A stretch of 63,873 bases of DNA, filler included, from Phoronis australis (Eukaryota > Animalia > Phoronida), in assembly GCA_002633005.1 (NCBI GenBank). It is 8 parts of 8 records of this genome, joined end to end, with 100 filler letters (N's around TTAATTAATTAA, not from the genome) between each part and the next. Parts side by side here need not be neighbours in the genome. Positions count along the whole stretch, not along the records: positions 11,569 to 33,352 come from NMRA01000814.1; 7 more parts are not named here. One strand, written 5' to 3'. The notes under the pieces were generated by a model. The model was given only the letters and a program-made list of their open reading frames with translations. It was not told the origin of the DNA and ran no database searches. The position numbers and the translations under genes were made by a program. The first letter of the stretch is position 1. Every line of letters begins with the position of its first letter. Shown here piece after piece: positions 12,411 to 24,476 of this stretch.

Positions 12411-14591
12411 CAGGGCTCGACGCTATTAAAATCGCCAGGTCGCATTTTGCGACCTAGCCAAAATCCCAGGTCGCATTTTCAAAATCCAGCTCGCATTCGT
12501 AAATGCCAGGTCGCAAAATTTTCCCGCCATTTTTACGCGCCAAAATAGATTTTTTAGATCATCGAGAAAATGTTTAGATTATGCTCTTACATGCAGCGTT
12601 AAATACTCACAAATTTCGGATCTTAAAATTGGCGTCATTCATGCAGGTACTGTTCTTCACGACCGCCATTCAAAGACTCTAGAGAGCAAGGCAAGTTGCC
12701 GACGTGAAAGTTGAATCAGTGCTTTCTAACTGACTTGTGCATTCGAATAGCTAAATTTGCGATGTGAAAAGGGAGAAAATGGCCGTTGAAAAAGTATGCG
12801 GGATTTTGTTAGATCTGGCCTGCTACTGGCTCTCATCAAAGTTGTTAATGATTCAAACTAACTGGGGTAATGGCGAGTTTGCTCCGCAATACCTTCCAAG
12901 TACGGGAAAAATAGGTCAGTCACAAAACGACACGCATGTCACTAGTGTTAACTTTCTTTCCGAGGTATAAAACAAAGCCGGGATTTGGTTTTTACATATT
13001 GTGAAAAGATGTTTTTGAAAGTTGTGTAAAATGAAAGTGACACACCATATAAGCTGCGTGACAATTTTAAATAACACTTGGTCGTTTGTAGTGCGCTATG
13101 ATGGGCGCCAGCTTGAACTGTGGGCGCTTCATTGGAAATTCTCAAAATTTAAGGGGGGACTTTTAATAGATCAGTGAGCGCTTATTATGAAACACTTTAA
13201 AGGTAGGGAGTAAGCTTGTGCGTGACCATAGTCGTTAACCTCAGTGTTTGCGGTAATAAGTTATTAAAACGCTGCAATGGCAAGAAACGTTATAATAATA
13301 CGATTTTGCGCGGCAAACTCCATCTAGTAGGGGTGACTTTCTGGATATCGTTACCACCTACATTGTACCCTTTTTAGCCACCCGGAATAATTTTGTTTTT
13401 CACTGCCCGCTTCAGCCGGAACAAGGTTGTTTCTATAGGAGTCTGAACATTTTACGGCGACGGTGCTTCGGGGAGCGAAAAGTTTCCGGGGGAGGGGGTG
13501 TATAAAGAGAATAATGAAAAGTTCCCTAACTTGAACCACAATTTCGTCTCTAGTGCCAGTTTACTTGCAATAGCTGGCTACGGGCATAGAATACAGGGTT
13601 TACAGAACATCGACCTCGGGAAACATCGGAACAGGAAAACGTCAGTTCTGGGTTATATCGGTCCCGGGGCATCGGATCTTTTATAACGGCTAGGAATCGG
13701 AGTTTATTTTCAAATAAGCCAGAGCCAAGCCGGTATACTCTTTCATTTAGGACTGTCACTGCTCTTTGAAGTGGTGCGCAGGCGTGAGTTCACGCACTTG
13801 AATCGCTGGAGTAGGCCTACACTTTAAGTTGGCAACAATGTGTGAAAGACAAATCATATTTCGCGCACGTAGCCCCAGAAACAAGTAAAGGGTTTGAGAA
13901 TTTCAACTGAATTGCAACTGAAAGTAAAGACGTGACCGTCGTTTGGCGATTAATAAGGTTGTCATTTTCACTTTGGCTGTCTTAATATGATAAAAAGGAG
14001 AAGCACATCTCAGTCTAAGTCACGAGTGTCTGCTGGGACCGCTTGCGCGCTAACGGTGCCGCAGTGCGATATCAGGGATATTGTCGTGGATATTTGGTAC
14101 ATGTACATGTAATAATGACATCTTATGTGAAAAATAAACATTTTTGTCCACCACAAAGTTTGGTAAGTTGATCGCTTAAGAATTAGTAGAAACACCGTTG
14201 TTTTGTGAACTTTTATCACGTGTTAAGCAGTGGCCCGAAACTTTCTTCGGCGAATCTGGGAATTTACAAAAAGTGGCCGAAAGTGTTAGCCAATGAAACG
14301 CATCAAAGATCGATTGTGCATATCCCATGTTCACACGACTTGCTTACAAGTCATTGGGAGGGCTGTTCTCGGTTAGTGTTGTTTTGAACTTGGATTTGGC
14401 AACGACCAAATAACGGTCGGATGAACAAGAGCTGCTTTGTATTTGCCAGGAGTCTGTTGAGAAGTGTAAAAACTCAGCTCGCATTCGTTGGAAATTCCAG
14501 GTCGCATTTTGCGACTTGATACGAGCTGACAAAAATCTCAGCTCGCATTTCCAAATTTCAGGCGACCTGCAGCTCGTTATGTCGAGCCCTG
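12411..14591. mobile_element. Non-autonomous TIR DNA transposon with 5-bp TSD (hAT5-like), 2181 bp
   Basis: Perfect 11-bp TIR CAGGGCTCGAC/GTCGAGCCCTG; ATAGT duplicated at 12406-12410 and 14592-14596; CAG(G/C)TCGCA subterminal repeats at both ends; no transposase ORF. Confidence 0.9.
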
Positions 14592-14756
14592 ATAGTGACC
14601 TGATTTGATTCTATCTCCTTCCTTTCTGTCAATCAATCTCACACTGCTGTGCCCCATTAAAGGATGGCGTGGAAAAGAACCCCAACCATAGTGACCTGAT
14701 TTGAGTCTGGCCCAACCCTTTCTGACAATCTCTTTCATAATGCGTTACCCCTTCAG

Positions 14757-14872
14757 AGGATGGCATGGAGGAGAACCCTAATCAAAGTGACCTGATTGAG
14801 CAGGCTGCTGAGATGTTGTATGGTCTGATACATGCCCGCTTCATCATCACCAACCGTGGCATCAGCAAGGTG
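14757..14872 (+). CDS. CSNK2B: Casein kinase II beta, acidic-loop exon variant A (putative mutually exclusive exon)
   Basis: ttcag acceptor, gtaagg donor; 116 nt, phase 1 to 0; [39 protein letters not shown]. Confidence 0.85.
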
Positions 14873-14892
14873 GTAAGGTCACTACCTCCTAT

Positions 14893-14984
14893 CCACTCCA
14901 CGGTGATGCACCACTCTACGGTGATGCACCACTCCACGGTGATGCACCACTCTACGGTGATGCACCACTCCACGGTGATGCACC
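14893..14984. repeat. 18-bp minisatellite x5
   Basis: CCACTC(C/T)ACGGTGATGCA, starting 20 nt after the variant A donor. Confidence 0.95.
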
Positions 14985-15734
14985 AGATGCCAGTCTTTTT
15001 GACTGTTGGCTCTGTGGCCATGTCTCTTCTTCTATTTCGTTGAAGTTTTATTACACAGTTTGGGTTGTGTTACTTCCTTGGCAGAGAGTATTTCTCGATT
15101 TCAAAAGTTTTAATTTTCATGAAAATTTTCAATTTCATTTTGGAGCCCGAGTAGCTTTCGTTTGTGTTGCTGTGGTGTCCTCATTCTGAAGTGTCTGTAT
15201 TTTGCAACAACTTGATCAACAACTTGATCAACAGCTTAATCAATACAGGCAAACTTGGAATGAAAGGCTCACTATTGAGGTTTGTGTGTGAGATAACTCA
15301 CACATGCTGAGACAGACAAGATATTGAATGAATTACAACTCTTAATATAGCCATACATGGCAAAACTTTGATTACTGCAGTCTGAGGTCACCCAGATATT
15401 ACTGTATGTTTGTGAGGGTATTTAAAAGCCCGTTGGTTTAAGTGACTTATTCTTATCAAAATAGCATCTATAACAATTTTGGGTAACTTCCTCAAAGGAA
15501 ACTGAATAATGGGGCTCTGTGTATTAATATACAAAACCCCTCCATAAGGTAGGTAAACAAATGAGGTGAGGGGACTGCCACATTAATATAGACCTACCCT
15601 TACTAGAGTGAACAGCTGGACCCTGTATGTATTTTGATAAGAATTAGTCATGTAGAAGAAAACTGTGTTGTCTAACTGCCCTGTTATCTGACATGTTATG
15701 TTGTGTTACCACTAACCTTCATCACTGTTTACAG

Positions 15735-15850
15735 ATGATGAACTGGAAGATAACCCCAATCAAAGCGACTTGATAGAGCAGGCAGCCGAGATGTTGTATG
15801 GTCTCATTCACGCCCGTTACATTATGACAAATAGGGGCATAGCTCAGATG
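15735..15850 (+). CDS. CSNK2B: Casein kinase II beta, acidic-loop exon variant B (canonical-like)
   Basis: CACTAAC branch site, acag acceptor, gtaagg donor; 116 nt; [39 protein letters not shown]. Confidence 0.95.
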
Positions 15851-16043
15851 GTAAGGGCCTGCATTCTGGTTGGCACAAATGGTGCTTTTATTCCATTATG
15901 ACAATTAGGGGCATAGCTCTGATGGTAAGGGCCCTGCACACTGGTTAGCACAAAATTCCATTGTGACAAGTAAAGTCATGGCTGGTATGGTAAGTGCCTT
16001 GCATGTGAAGTCACATGGATTATTTGGAATGAGTGCAGTATGA

Positions 16044-16325
16044 AGGAGAGCATCAGCCCATTATGTACTGTAGCAGGAGAGCATCAGCCCATTATGTACT
16101 GTAGCAGGAGAGCATCAGCCCATTATGTACTCTAGCAGGAGAGCATCAGCCCATTATGTACTCTAGCAGGAGAGCATCAGCCCATTATGTACACTAGCAG
16201 GAGAGCATCAGCCTATTATGTACACTAGCAGGAGAGCATCAGCCCATTATGCACTGTAGCAGGAGAGCATCAGCCTATTATGTACTTTAGCAGGAGAGCA
16301 TCAGCCCATTATGTACACTAGTAGG
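16044..16325. repeat. 31-32-bp minisatellite, about 9 copies
   Basis: GCAGGAGAGCATCAGCCCATTATGTACTGTA. Confidence 0.95.
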
Positions 16326-16416
16326 AAGGAGTAGATCAAAGCAGTGTTTATTAGTGCAAACTGGACTAAAGCAAGTTAGTGGCTTCAAATCCTTCTAATG
16401 AAGCAATCGGTAAAGT

Positions 16417-16746
16417 ACATACAATCAGTTAACTACATACAATCAGTTAACTACATACAATCGATAACTACATACAATCGGTAAACTACATACAATCGGT
16501 TAACTACATACAATCGGTTAACTACATACAATCGGTTAACCACATACAATCGGTTAACCACATACAATCGGTCAACCACATACAATCGGTCAACCACATA
16601 CAATCGGTCAACCACATACAATCGGTCAACCACATACAATCGGTTAACCACATATCGGTTAACTACATACAATCGGTCAACTACATACATTCGGTCAACT
16701 ACATACAATCGGTCAACTACATACAATCGGTCAACTACATACAATC
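16417..16746. repeat. 18-bp minisatellite, about 18 copies
   Basis: ACATACAATCGGT(T/C)AAC(T/C). Confidence 0.95.
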
Positions 16747-17106
16747 CATAGATTTGTCGTGCATAATTAGCAACACTAACTCCAGATATTAAAGAATCGT
16801 TATAACAGATGGCTCAGCCACAATTTTTTAATCAAAACAATAGTTTACTACGATGATGCTGCTTGACTTGTAATAGATTTCCAAAGGGTGTCTCTGAATT
16901 GTAAGATTTGGGTACAGTCGTTATAAGCAGACAATGTTTGCACAATGAATGAAAAGGAAGTTGGTGTTAATACTTAGGGTTCAATCATGCAATGCATGTT
17001 TATACTTGTAGGTCAATGGTACAATACATGTTTATACTTGTGCAAGTAGGAGAGGTGAACTCTGGATGTTGGAATTAATTTTGCTCGCAATATTCTGTTT
17101 CTATAG

Positions 17107-17182
17107 GTTGAAAAATGGCAACAGGGTGACTTTGGATGTTGCCCCCGTGTGTACTGTGAGAACCAACCCATGCTACCCATAG
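17107..17182 (+). CDS. CSNK2B: Casein kinase II beta exon (first zinc-finger CxxxxC)
   Basis: ctatag acceptor, gtaagg donor; 76 nt; [25 protein letters not shown]. Confidence 0.96.
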
Positions 17183-17452
17183 GTAAGGCTTTTATACTAT
17201 GAGAACCAACCCATGTTACCCATGGGTAAGGCTTTTATACTATGAGAACCAACCCATGTTACCCATGGGTAAGGCTTTTATACTATGAGAACCAACCCAT
17301 GTTACCCATGGGTAAGGCTTTTGTACTATGAGAACCAACCCATGTTACCCATGGGTAAGGCTTTTATACTATGAGAACCAACCCATGTTACCCATGAGTA
17401 AGGCTTTTATACTACGAGAACCAACCGATGCTACCCATAGGTAAGGCTTTTT
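17152..17452 (+). repeat. 43-bp tandem repeat x7 spanning a CSNK2B splice donor
   Basis: TACT(G/A)TGAGAACCAACCCATG(C/T)TACCCAT(A/G)GGTAAGGCTTTTA. Confidence 0.95.
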
Positions 17453-17646
17453 AAGTTGCCAAATCTTGGTTCTTTATTTTTTAAGAATTTTTGCAAAATA
17501 AAAATGTTTTTCACTGAATCGCCAAAAAGGTGAAGAATTACGTTAACTATACTTTATCAATTTTTACTGCTCCCACTAATGTAGCATTGTTGCCATATCA
17601 TTTACCCTACTACCCATGATCCCTCTGTGTCTGTCCTCATCCCCAG

Positions 17647-17836
17647 GTCTGTCGGATGTTCCTGGCGAGGCCATGGTTAAGCTATACTGCCCCAAGTGCC
17701 AGGATGTCTACACACCCAAGTCATCGCGTCACCACCACACAGACGGAGCCTACTTCGGCACTGGCTTCCCTCACATGCTGTTCATGGTGCATCCAGAGTA
17801 CCGACCAAAGAGACCAGCCAACCAGTTTGTACCACG
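17647..17836 (+). CDS. CSNK2B: Casein kinase II beta exon (CPKC zinc ligands)
   Basis: ccccag acceptor, gtaaga donor; 190 nt; [63 protein letters not shown]. Confidence 0.97.
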
Positions 17837-18244
17837 GTAAGATCTACCTCTCACATAAAGGCAAATGTCAACTCTCTCAGACGGTTTTGGTTGATTGGTA
17901 TATTTTACTTACCGTATTTTGTGCCTATTAAAAATAGTGTTTGAATTCAGAACTGATGTAGTGATCAAGATCCAAACATTTCAGTTGATACAAGTAAGCT
18001 AGGTACAGTCAGATATAATGCACACACACACTATTTGCATAGTTTCATTTGCTCACAACTGTGCACACACACTATTTGCATTGTGCCATTTCCTCACAAC
18101 TGGTTTAAAGTATTGGTATTTTATTTGACTCGACTAAAAAGTGTCAAAATGCGTTCAGAAAAGGCAGCATTCCCCTTTATTTTTTGGTTTTTCATTTCGT
18201 GTTTCAACATGCAACTTTTCTTTTGGATGTGTAAATCGTAAACC

Positions 18245-18397
18245 AGTCTTGGAACTGTGACGCCAGCTCTGTGTGAAACACAAGTCTGTTTTTGAACTGT
18301 GACGCCAGCTCTGTGTGAAACACAAGTCTGTTTTTGAACTGTGATGCCAGCTCTGTGTGAAACACAAGTCTGTTTTTGAACTGTGATGCCAGCTCTG
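18245..18397. repeat. 42-bp minisatellite, about 3.5 copies
   Basis: GAACTGTGA(C/T)GCCAGCTCTGTGTGAAACACAAGTCTGTTTTT. Confidence 0.9.
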
Positions 18398-18950
18398 AAT
18401 GTACTGTGATGAGATCTCAACCCCGAATCCTGTATCTGAGCTCGGAGTCAAAAAAATTTTTAGTACTTGACATCATTGTTGCTGGGTTGAACTTTAGGCT
18501 TTATATGAAATCTTCAGATACGCCAACTAGGTTTTTATGCTTGTGTTGAGTTGAATGTCTGCATCTGAAACGGAAGTTCCAATTTCGCTAGTCTGTACAA
18601 AATGAACGATAGTTTCACAATTTATGTTCTAAGCTATGTTAAGACTCTCTTGATCAGTTTAAGTTGTCCGACTATTGGCATTGTCAGCTTATTGACATCT
18701 GGGATCCAAGTCAGTGGTGGTAAATGCTGGCATGTTGTAGCTCTGCATAACTGCTTCAGGGTGACTCCATAGTGTTGACATTAGTTTGGTAGTAAGGCTG
18801 AGCGATGCATGAATGGACACTAAAACTCATAAAAATGTAACTAAGGTTTTCATTCACAAAACAATTTTTAGTATTTGTGCTCCTCTTTCCCATTTTTGTC
18901 TCATTTCTCTCTCAAGTTACTTCTAGGTCCAACATGTGTTTACAATAACG

Positions 18951-19066
18951 TTTGTTTTACAAGGCATGCTTTGTTTTACAAGGCATGCTTTGTTTTACAA
19001 GGCATGCTTTGTTTTACAAGGCATGCTTTGTTTTACAAGGCATGCTTTGTTTTACAAGGCATGCTT
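18951..19066. repeat. 19-bp minisatellite x6
   Basis: TTTGTTTTACAAGGCATGC. Confidence 0.95.
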
Positions 19067-20169
19067 TTCAATAGGATGTTGGCAAAATCCTTTCAGAGTA
19101 CTCAGTTTTGTGGCGGAAGGAGTTTTACTTAGCTTTTTTCTGCTGCAGCAACCCTTTGTCACATTCTTATCACATTTTACCGAAATTGGATCGCATGAAA
19201 GCATAGTTATTTTCACTTCCTAACAGTTATGTTCCTATGGACTCGTCATCCATAATGCAGCATTGGTTTCCTAGCAAAATCCAGGGATAGGACTCGTGAT
19301 TGCATTAAACAAACTGTATTAACACTATGGGCAATTATCAAAGTCCATGCCTGAAACATATCTGTAGGTTGTTGTTATGGTTCATCTGCGATTGTCCTGC
19401 ATGCANCCCGCACACTTCTGCCCACTGCCACGTTGCCGCCTGTTAAGTAATATCTCCATGAAGTGTATTGTAATTGTCCTTAGGTCCCACCTCTGGATTG
19501 TTTCAATACCCTGATTCAATGTGCATCCTTTCCTCCACTGCTTGCTTGATGTAAAGTCTGTCCCCCTGACTAGACTGTACTGTATATATCTGAATTCTGT
19601 CTGCTCTCTGTGCTTATGTGTTATGTGTGTTTGTATTGCTGGTGATGGCTGTGGGAGGGCCTACCTTTGTGTGTATCTCATTTGGATACTTGTGTCACTG
19701 CTCACACCTGAGATCAGTGGGAGCACGATGTATTTACCAACAGATGTCTGCTGAAAGGGTGCTACACGGTTTAAATAAATTACAGGTTTTGGAAATCTTA
19801 TATTCTGCTTGTCTTTCAACATAAAAATTCTCAGTTTTGATCATTTTGTTCTGAGATTAGAAACGTGTTCATTGGGTCAAAACTCAATTGAAATTTTCTT
19901 AAAAAAGACCTCCACCTACTTACGCCAGATAATACAATTCAATGGCAAAAATTCGACCACTTAAGTTATCACAGCAGAATTGATCTCTGTGTCGTTTGTC
20001 AACAAAAGAAGTAAAAAATGTGTCAGATCAGTATAGGAGGCACTAACACCTGCCTCCCTGAAGTCCCGGTCGCACTTTCCTCATGTACAGACCCTCCCAG
20101 CGCCGTCGTGCTAGCGGTTACCGTTGTTTCCCCCTGCACTCAAGTTGCTCCCCCTGTTGTCTGTTGCAG

Positions 20170-20272
20170 GCTTTATGGCTTCAAGATACACCCTTTGGCT
20201 TATCAGTTGCAGTACCAGGCAGTCTCTAATTATAAGTCAGCTAGAGGCTTGTACAATAACACCAAACGATAG
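20170..20272 (+). CDS. CSNK2B: Casein kinase II beta terminal exon variant A (proximal)
   Basis: ttgcag acceptor, phase 2; [33 protein letters not shown]. Confidence 0.93.
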
Positions 20273-23200
20273 CCACGGCCAGATAGCCACGGCCAGATAG
20301 CCACGGCCAAATAGCCGTGGCCACCTTCGCTAATATTCCCTGCGCTTTAGGCAGTCTTCGTTCGCACCGTTTCTCTGAAAACTCTGTCACACAAAGTTCA
20401 TTCTAAAAACGCTCGAGACTATCTTAACGTCTCGCTAAAACTGGCTGCAAATACACGTGTGACACCATTCCGGTTCATATTGTGATCAGGTAGTTCACAA
20501 TCATGTTTTTTCTATTTTCGAGATCACATTGAGATTGGACTTTGTGTGACAGGCTTTGAGATATTTTGGCCTGTATAAACATTATTGTTTGACTCCCCTC
20601 ACATCACTGACAGAATAGTACGTGTGCTACCCAAAACACTTCACTTGTAATCTGGCAAGAGGAACATTAAGCTGTTTAACTTTATGAACAAAGTGCTACA
20701 ACACCATGAACAAAGCAAATAATCATGTTACGTACCTGTACCCAACTCAAAAGGACGAGGACAGAGTGAGGGGAAACAAAAATGTGTTTTTAGGGCAGCC
20801 TAACTGTATATTTCCTTGTCTGAGCTCACTGTATTGTTTCATTGCGGGAAAATTCATGCTGTAGTATCTTAGTATTGAGGAATGTTTTCATAATGAACTG
20901 GACAGACTTAGCTAGAACTCTGCCAAACATGGACAAGCTTTTGACAAGACCTAATTTTCAGTTTAGCCGAATTCTTATGATAAAATATTGTTTTTATAGG
21001 TCTTCAGGCACACTATTGACCCGGCCACTAATTGTTTATTTTTAAATAGACTTGCTGGGAAGTGCATGCAGCACCGCCTATTAAGATTTTGTTGCGATTT
21101 AGCCAAAACTGAAACGAGTTGTAGGTTAGATAATTTAATTTCGAGCGTCCAAGCTTCATCGAATTTCAACATTGTCCAGTTTATTTTGATGACTTCTGTT
21201 TTCTGTAGCTTAATTGGTTGTTCACAAAACTGTGTGTTTTGTAAGTTCTGTAACAGCTAGACGCTGAATGTTTGATTTTGTTTCAACTCAAGACGATTCT
21301 ACTTTCTTATGTTGTGTGCTTGTAAACCTCGTTTTGCTCGTTAGAAACAATTACTCTCCACAATGTGTATGTTGGACTGAGCTCTACTGAGACATCTTTA
21401 GGTCAGTGAAACAATTACTCTCCACAATGTGTATGTTGGACTGAGCTCTACTGAGACATTTTTAGGTGAAAATGACATTGGGTCTAGTCTACACCTTACT
21501 TCATTTACTTCAATGTTTAAAGAGAAAAATTATTTTGTCAGAAGCTACATAAATGTATGTATGGTAAATGTTTTAACAAAGTGGGTTGGCAACTTGGTGA
21601 CAATCATATCTTATGACTCAAGGTTAATGTAGAACCTCAGAACAATGTACAAATTTGGATAACTTGAGAACATGATTTCTCAGAAACAGGTGATTGGATT
21701 CATTTAAGAAACTTTCACACACTGAGTGTGCTTTATACACAGTTCTCTNNNNNNNNNNNNNNNNNNNNNNNNNNNNNNNNNNNNNNNNNNNNNNNNNNNN
21801 NNNNNNNNNNNNNNNNNNNNNNNNNNNNNNNNNNNNNNNNNNNNNNNNNNNNNNNNNNNNNNNNNNNNNNNNNNNNNNNNNNNNNNNNNNNNNNNNNNNN
21901 NNNNNNNNNNNNNNNNNNNNNNNNNNNNNNNNNNNNNNNNNNNNNNNNNNNNNNNNNNNNNNNNNNNNNNNNNNNNNNNNNNNNNNNNNNNNNNNNNNNN
22001 NNNNNNNNNNNNNNNNNNNNNNNNNNNNNNNNNNGGGGTACAGAACATGTCTCACAGGGTTTTGCCTAGCAGAATGCACATTAATGGATTTGTCACCTTT
22101 TCTTCACTCTGTTGAACTCTATTCAAAAAATGAAAAGTTTTGAGTCATTTCTCACCGAATCCCCTGCATATGGACACAGAAATGTTTTTCTATATTTTTG
22201 ACCCTTCCCTACAAAATGAAAGCTTGTTATGACAAGAAAAAGGGCAAAAATACAAAATTGACACTTTTCACCCCAAAACCACCACTTCCCTTTTGATACA
22301 CGTAAGCCAACAGATTTTGAAAGTAAATTTCCTTCATATTCTAAAAATTTCCAACAGTGCAGGTAAGTCACGAGATTTTCTTATTTGTTTGAGGATTGCC
22401 TGAAATCGCAGTTGATTTCTCAGTGGATACTCATCAGAAATGCAACAGGGGGCGCTGGCATATTGATGAAAAGTGCAAACGGGACAAATGATCTTTCACC
22501 ATTCCCAACATGTTGACAAATACAAACGAACCAGATTCAATGAAATTGAATGCAAGTCCTTCTGGGCATACCCCTAGAATGTAATTTTTTTTGTAAGTAC
22601 AAGTTGGTTGCAGCTGCAGCCTAACTACAGTCCCACCTGAGGTCTTGTTTTTAAACCTGTGCATATTAGCATGAGGAGGTATCAAATAATAGGACTTCTA
22701 CGATTTTTATGAAACTTAGAAAACTATTGCAACATTTTTGAGATTTCCTCTTGAGTGTTTATATCAAACAAAATTGAATCGTGTTGTCGATACCGTTGTT
22801 TTGTTATGATTTAGAACATGACAAGTGGCCAGTTCCTACACTGGATTGTAGAAGCTGGGGAAAATGTCGCTTCATCACACCAATTTTTAAAAAAAGATGA
22901 GAACCAGTTTTGCTTTTTTGTTTGGCCTTGTAATAGCGTGTGCAACCTTGACCCCTCTACTTCAAAACTTTGAATTTAAAAGTGACTTCAGTTGACATTG
23001 GCAGTCTAGATTAGCTACAGTAGTGTTTGGTTTGTTTTACTATTGAGTTAAGAGACATCAAAACCTTTTGAGGACGTGACACTTTGAAGTTGCTTTGTGT
23101 AGGCTTCCTACAGCTTGACACACAATGTTTTTTATTCAAACCACTTGGCGCTTTAAAGTTGGGCATATTGCTTTGACGCATGTGTGTCAAACCAACTTAT

Positions 23201-23854
23201 TAAGCCGTGTCTCGAGCAATAATGAATTGTTTACCTTTTTAACCTTAAAATTATTTTTCCCTGTACTATCAACAAGTTGAGCAGCTGCCATCGTGGTAGG
23301 CATGCTGATGAAACAATCGCCTTCTGCTCTTGTCATTTTCATGGTCTTGCGGGATCTCACTTTTCTCGCATGAAAATTGGTCGACTGAATGATACTGTGC
23401 TCTGTTTGCTGGTGGAGACAAATGCCAAATAGATTGGATGAAAGTACATTCTGTTGTGTCTACCGTAATCTTCATTATTTTGTCTTGCTGGTGCATATTG
23501 TAATGGAACAAAGAATAGCCCAATCATAGTCCTATAAATATTTGTACACTTGCAAATCCAATTAAAATCGAGAATTTATTAGCAAATCTTAATATTGTAT
23601 ATAAAAGTAAACAGTTAATGTATTTCATTTTATGACATAGAAAATACAGGGTGACCCAAAAATGACTCAGTAAATTGTAATCCTCCATATTTATCCTTTT
23701 TGGTGACTAAAATGAGAGTATGAATGATCATTCCACAGTTTTAAGGATATAGGTCAGTTTGCTTTGAATTGTATATGCTCCTTCGTAAGGAAAAGTCTTA
23801 CAAATTTTTATGGGTTGAGTTTTTTTGGGGCACCTTTTGAAGTTAAATGCTTCT

Positions 23855-24317
23855 TGGTTTATTTTAAGCAGGGTAACATTTGACCAAGAGGACAGGCTTT
23901 GTATTTAGTTTGAACTGGATAGCATTTTACCAAGAGGCTAGGCTTTGTATTCAGTTTTAAGTGGGTAGCATTTGACCAAGAGGACGGGTTTTGTATTTAG
24001 TTTGAACTGAGTAGTATTTTACCAAGAGGACAGGCTTTGTATTCAGCTTGAAGTGGGTAGCATTTGACCAAAAGGACGGGCTTTGTATTTAGTTTGAACT
24101 GAGTAGCATTTGACCAAGAGGACAGACTTTGTATTTAGTTTTTGAACTGGGTAACATTTGACGAAGAGGACAGGCTTCGTATTTAGTTTGAACTGGATAG
24201 CATTTTACCAAGAGGCTAGGCTTTGTATTCAGTTTTAAGTGGGTAGCATTTGACCAAGAGGACGGGTTTTGTATTCAGTTTGAACTGAATAGCATTTGAC
24301 CAACAGGACAGGCTTTG
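23855..24317. repeat. ~43-bp minisatellite, about 10 copies, with alternating subtypes
   Basis: TAGCATTT(G/T)ACCAAGAGGACAGGCTTTGTATT(T/C)AGTTT core. Confidence 0.9.
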
Positions 24318-24470
24318 AAAGCCTGTCAATAAGGAGTTCCCTGACATTAACTGTGTAGGCCACACCGACACTTACCTGTGTTTATGCTAGGAACGTGGTG
24401 TGTGACAGGTGATGAATGAAATGTTACATTTGTGTTTTGTATTTTATTTAGTGTCCATTTCTGTGATGTA

Positions 24471-24476
24471 AATAAA
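24471..24476 (+). terminator. Candidate polyadenylation signal for the proximal CSNK2B terminal exon
   Basis: AATAAA followed by T/GT-rich sequence, about 480 nt upstream of the distal terminal exon. Confidence 0.35.

Noticed and set aside
14757-15850. Duplicated CK2beta exons as an uncollapsed-haplotype artefact
   Set aside because: Flanking introns are unrelated, synonymous divergence is far above allelic levels and no gap separates the two exons.
15005-16822. Possible selector/docking pairing TGGCTCTGTGGCCAT with ATGGCTCAGCCA for the mutually exclusive exons
   Set aside because: Only about 11 interrupted pairs; expected by chance over kilobases.
21624-22143. ORFs of 113-151 aa in the ORF track
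   Set aside because: They only span the 286-N gap.
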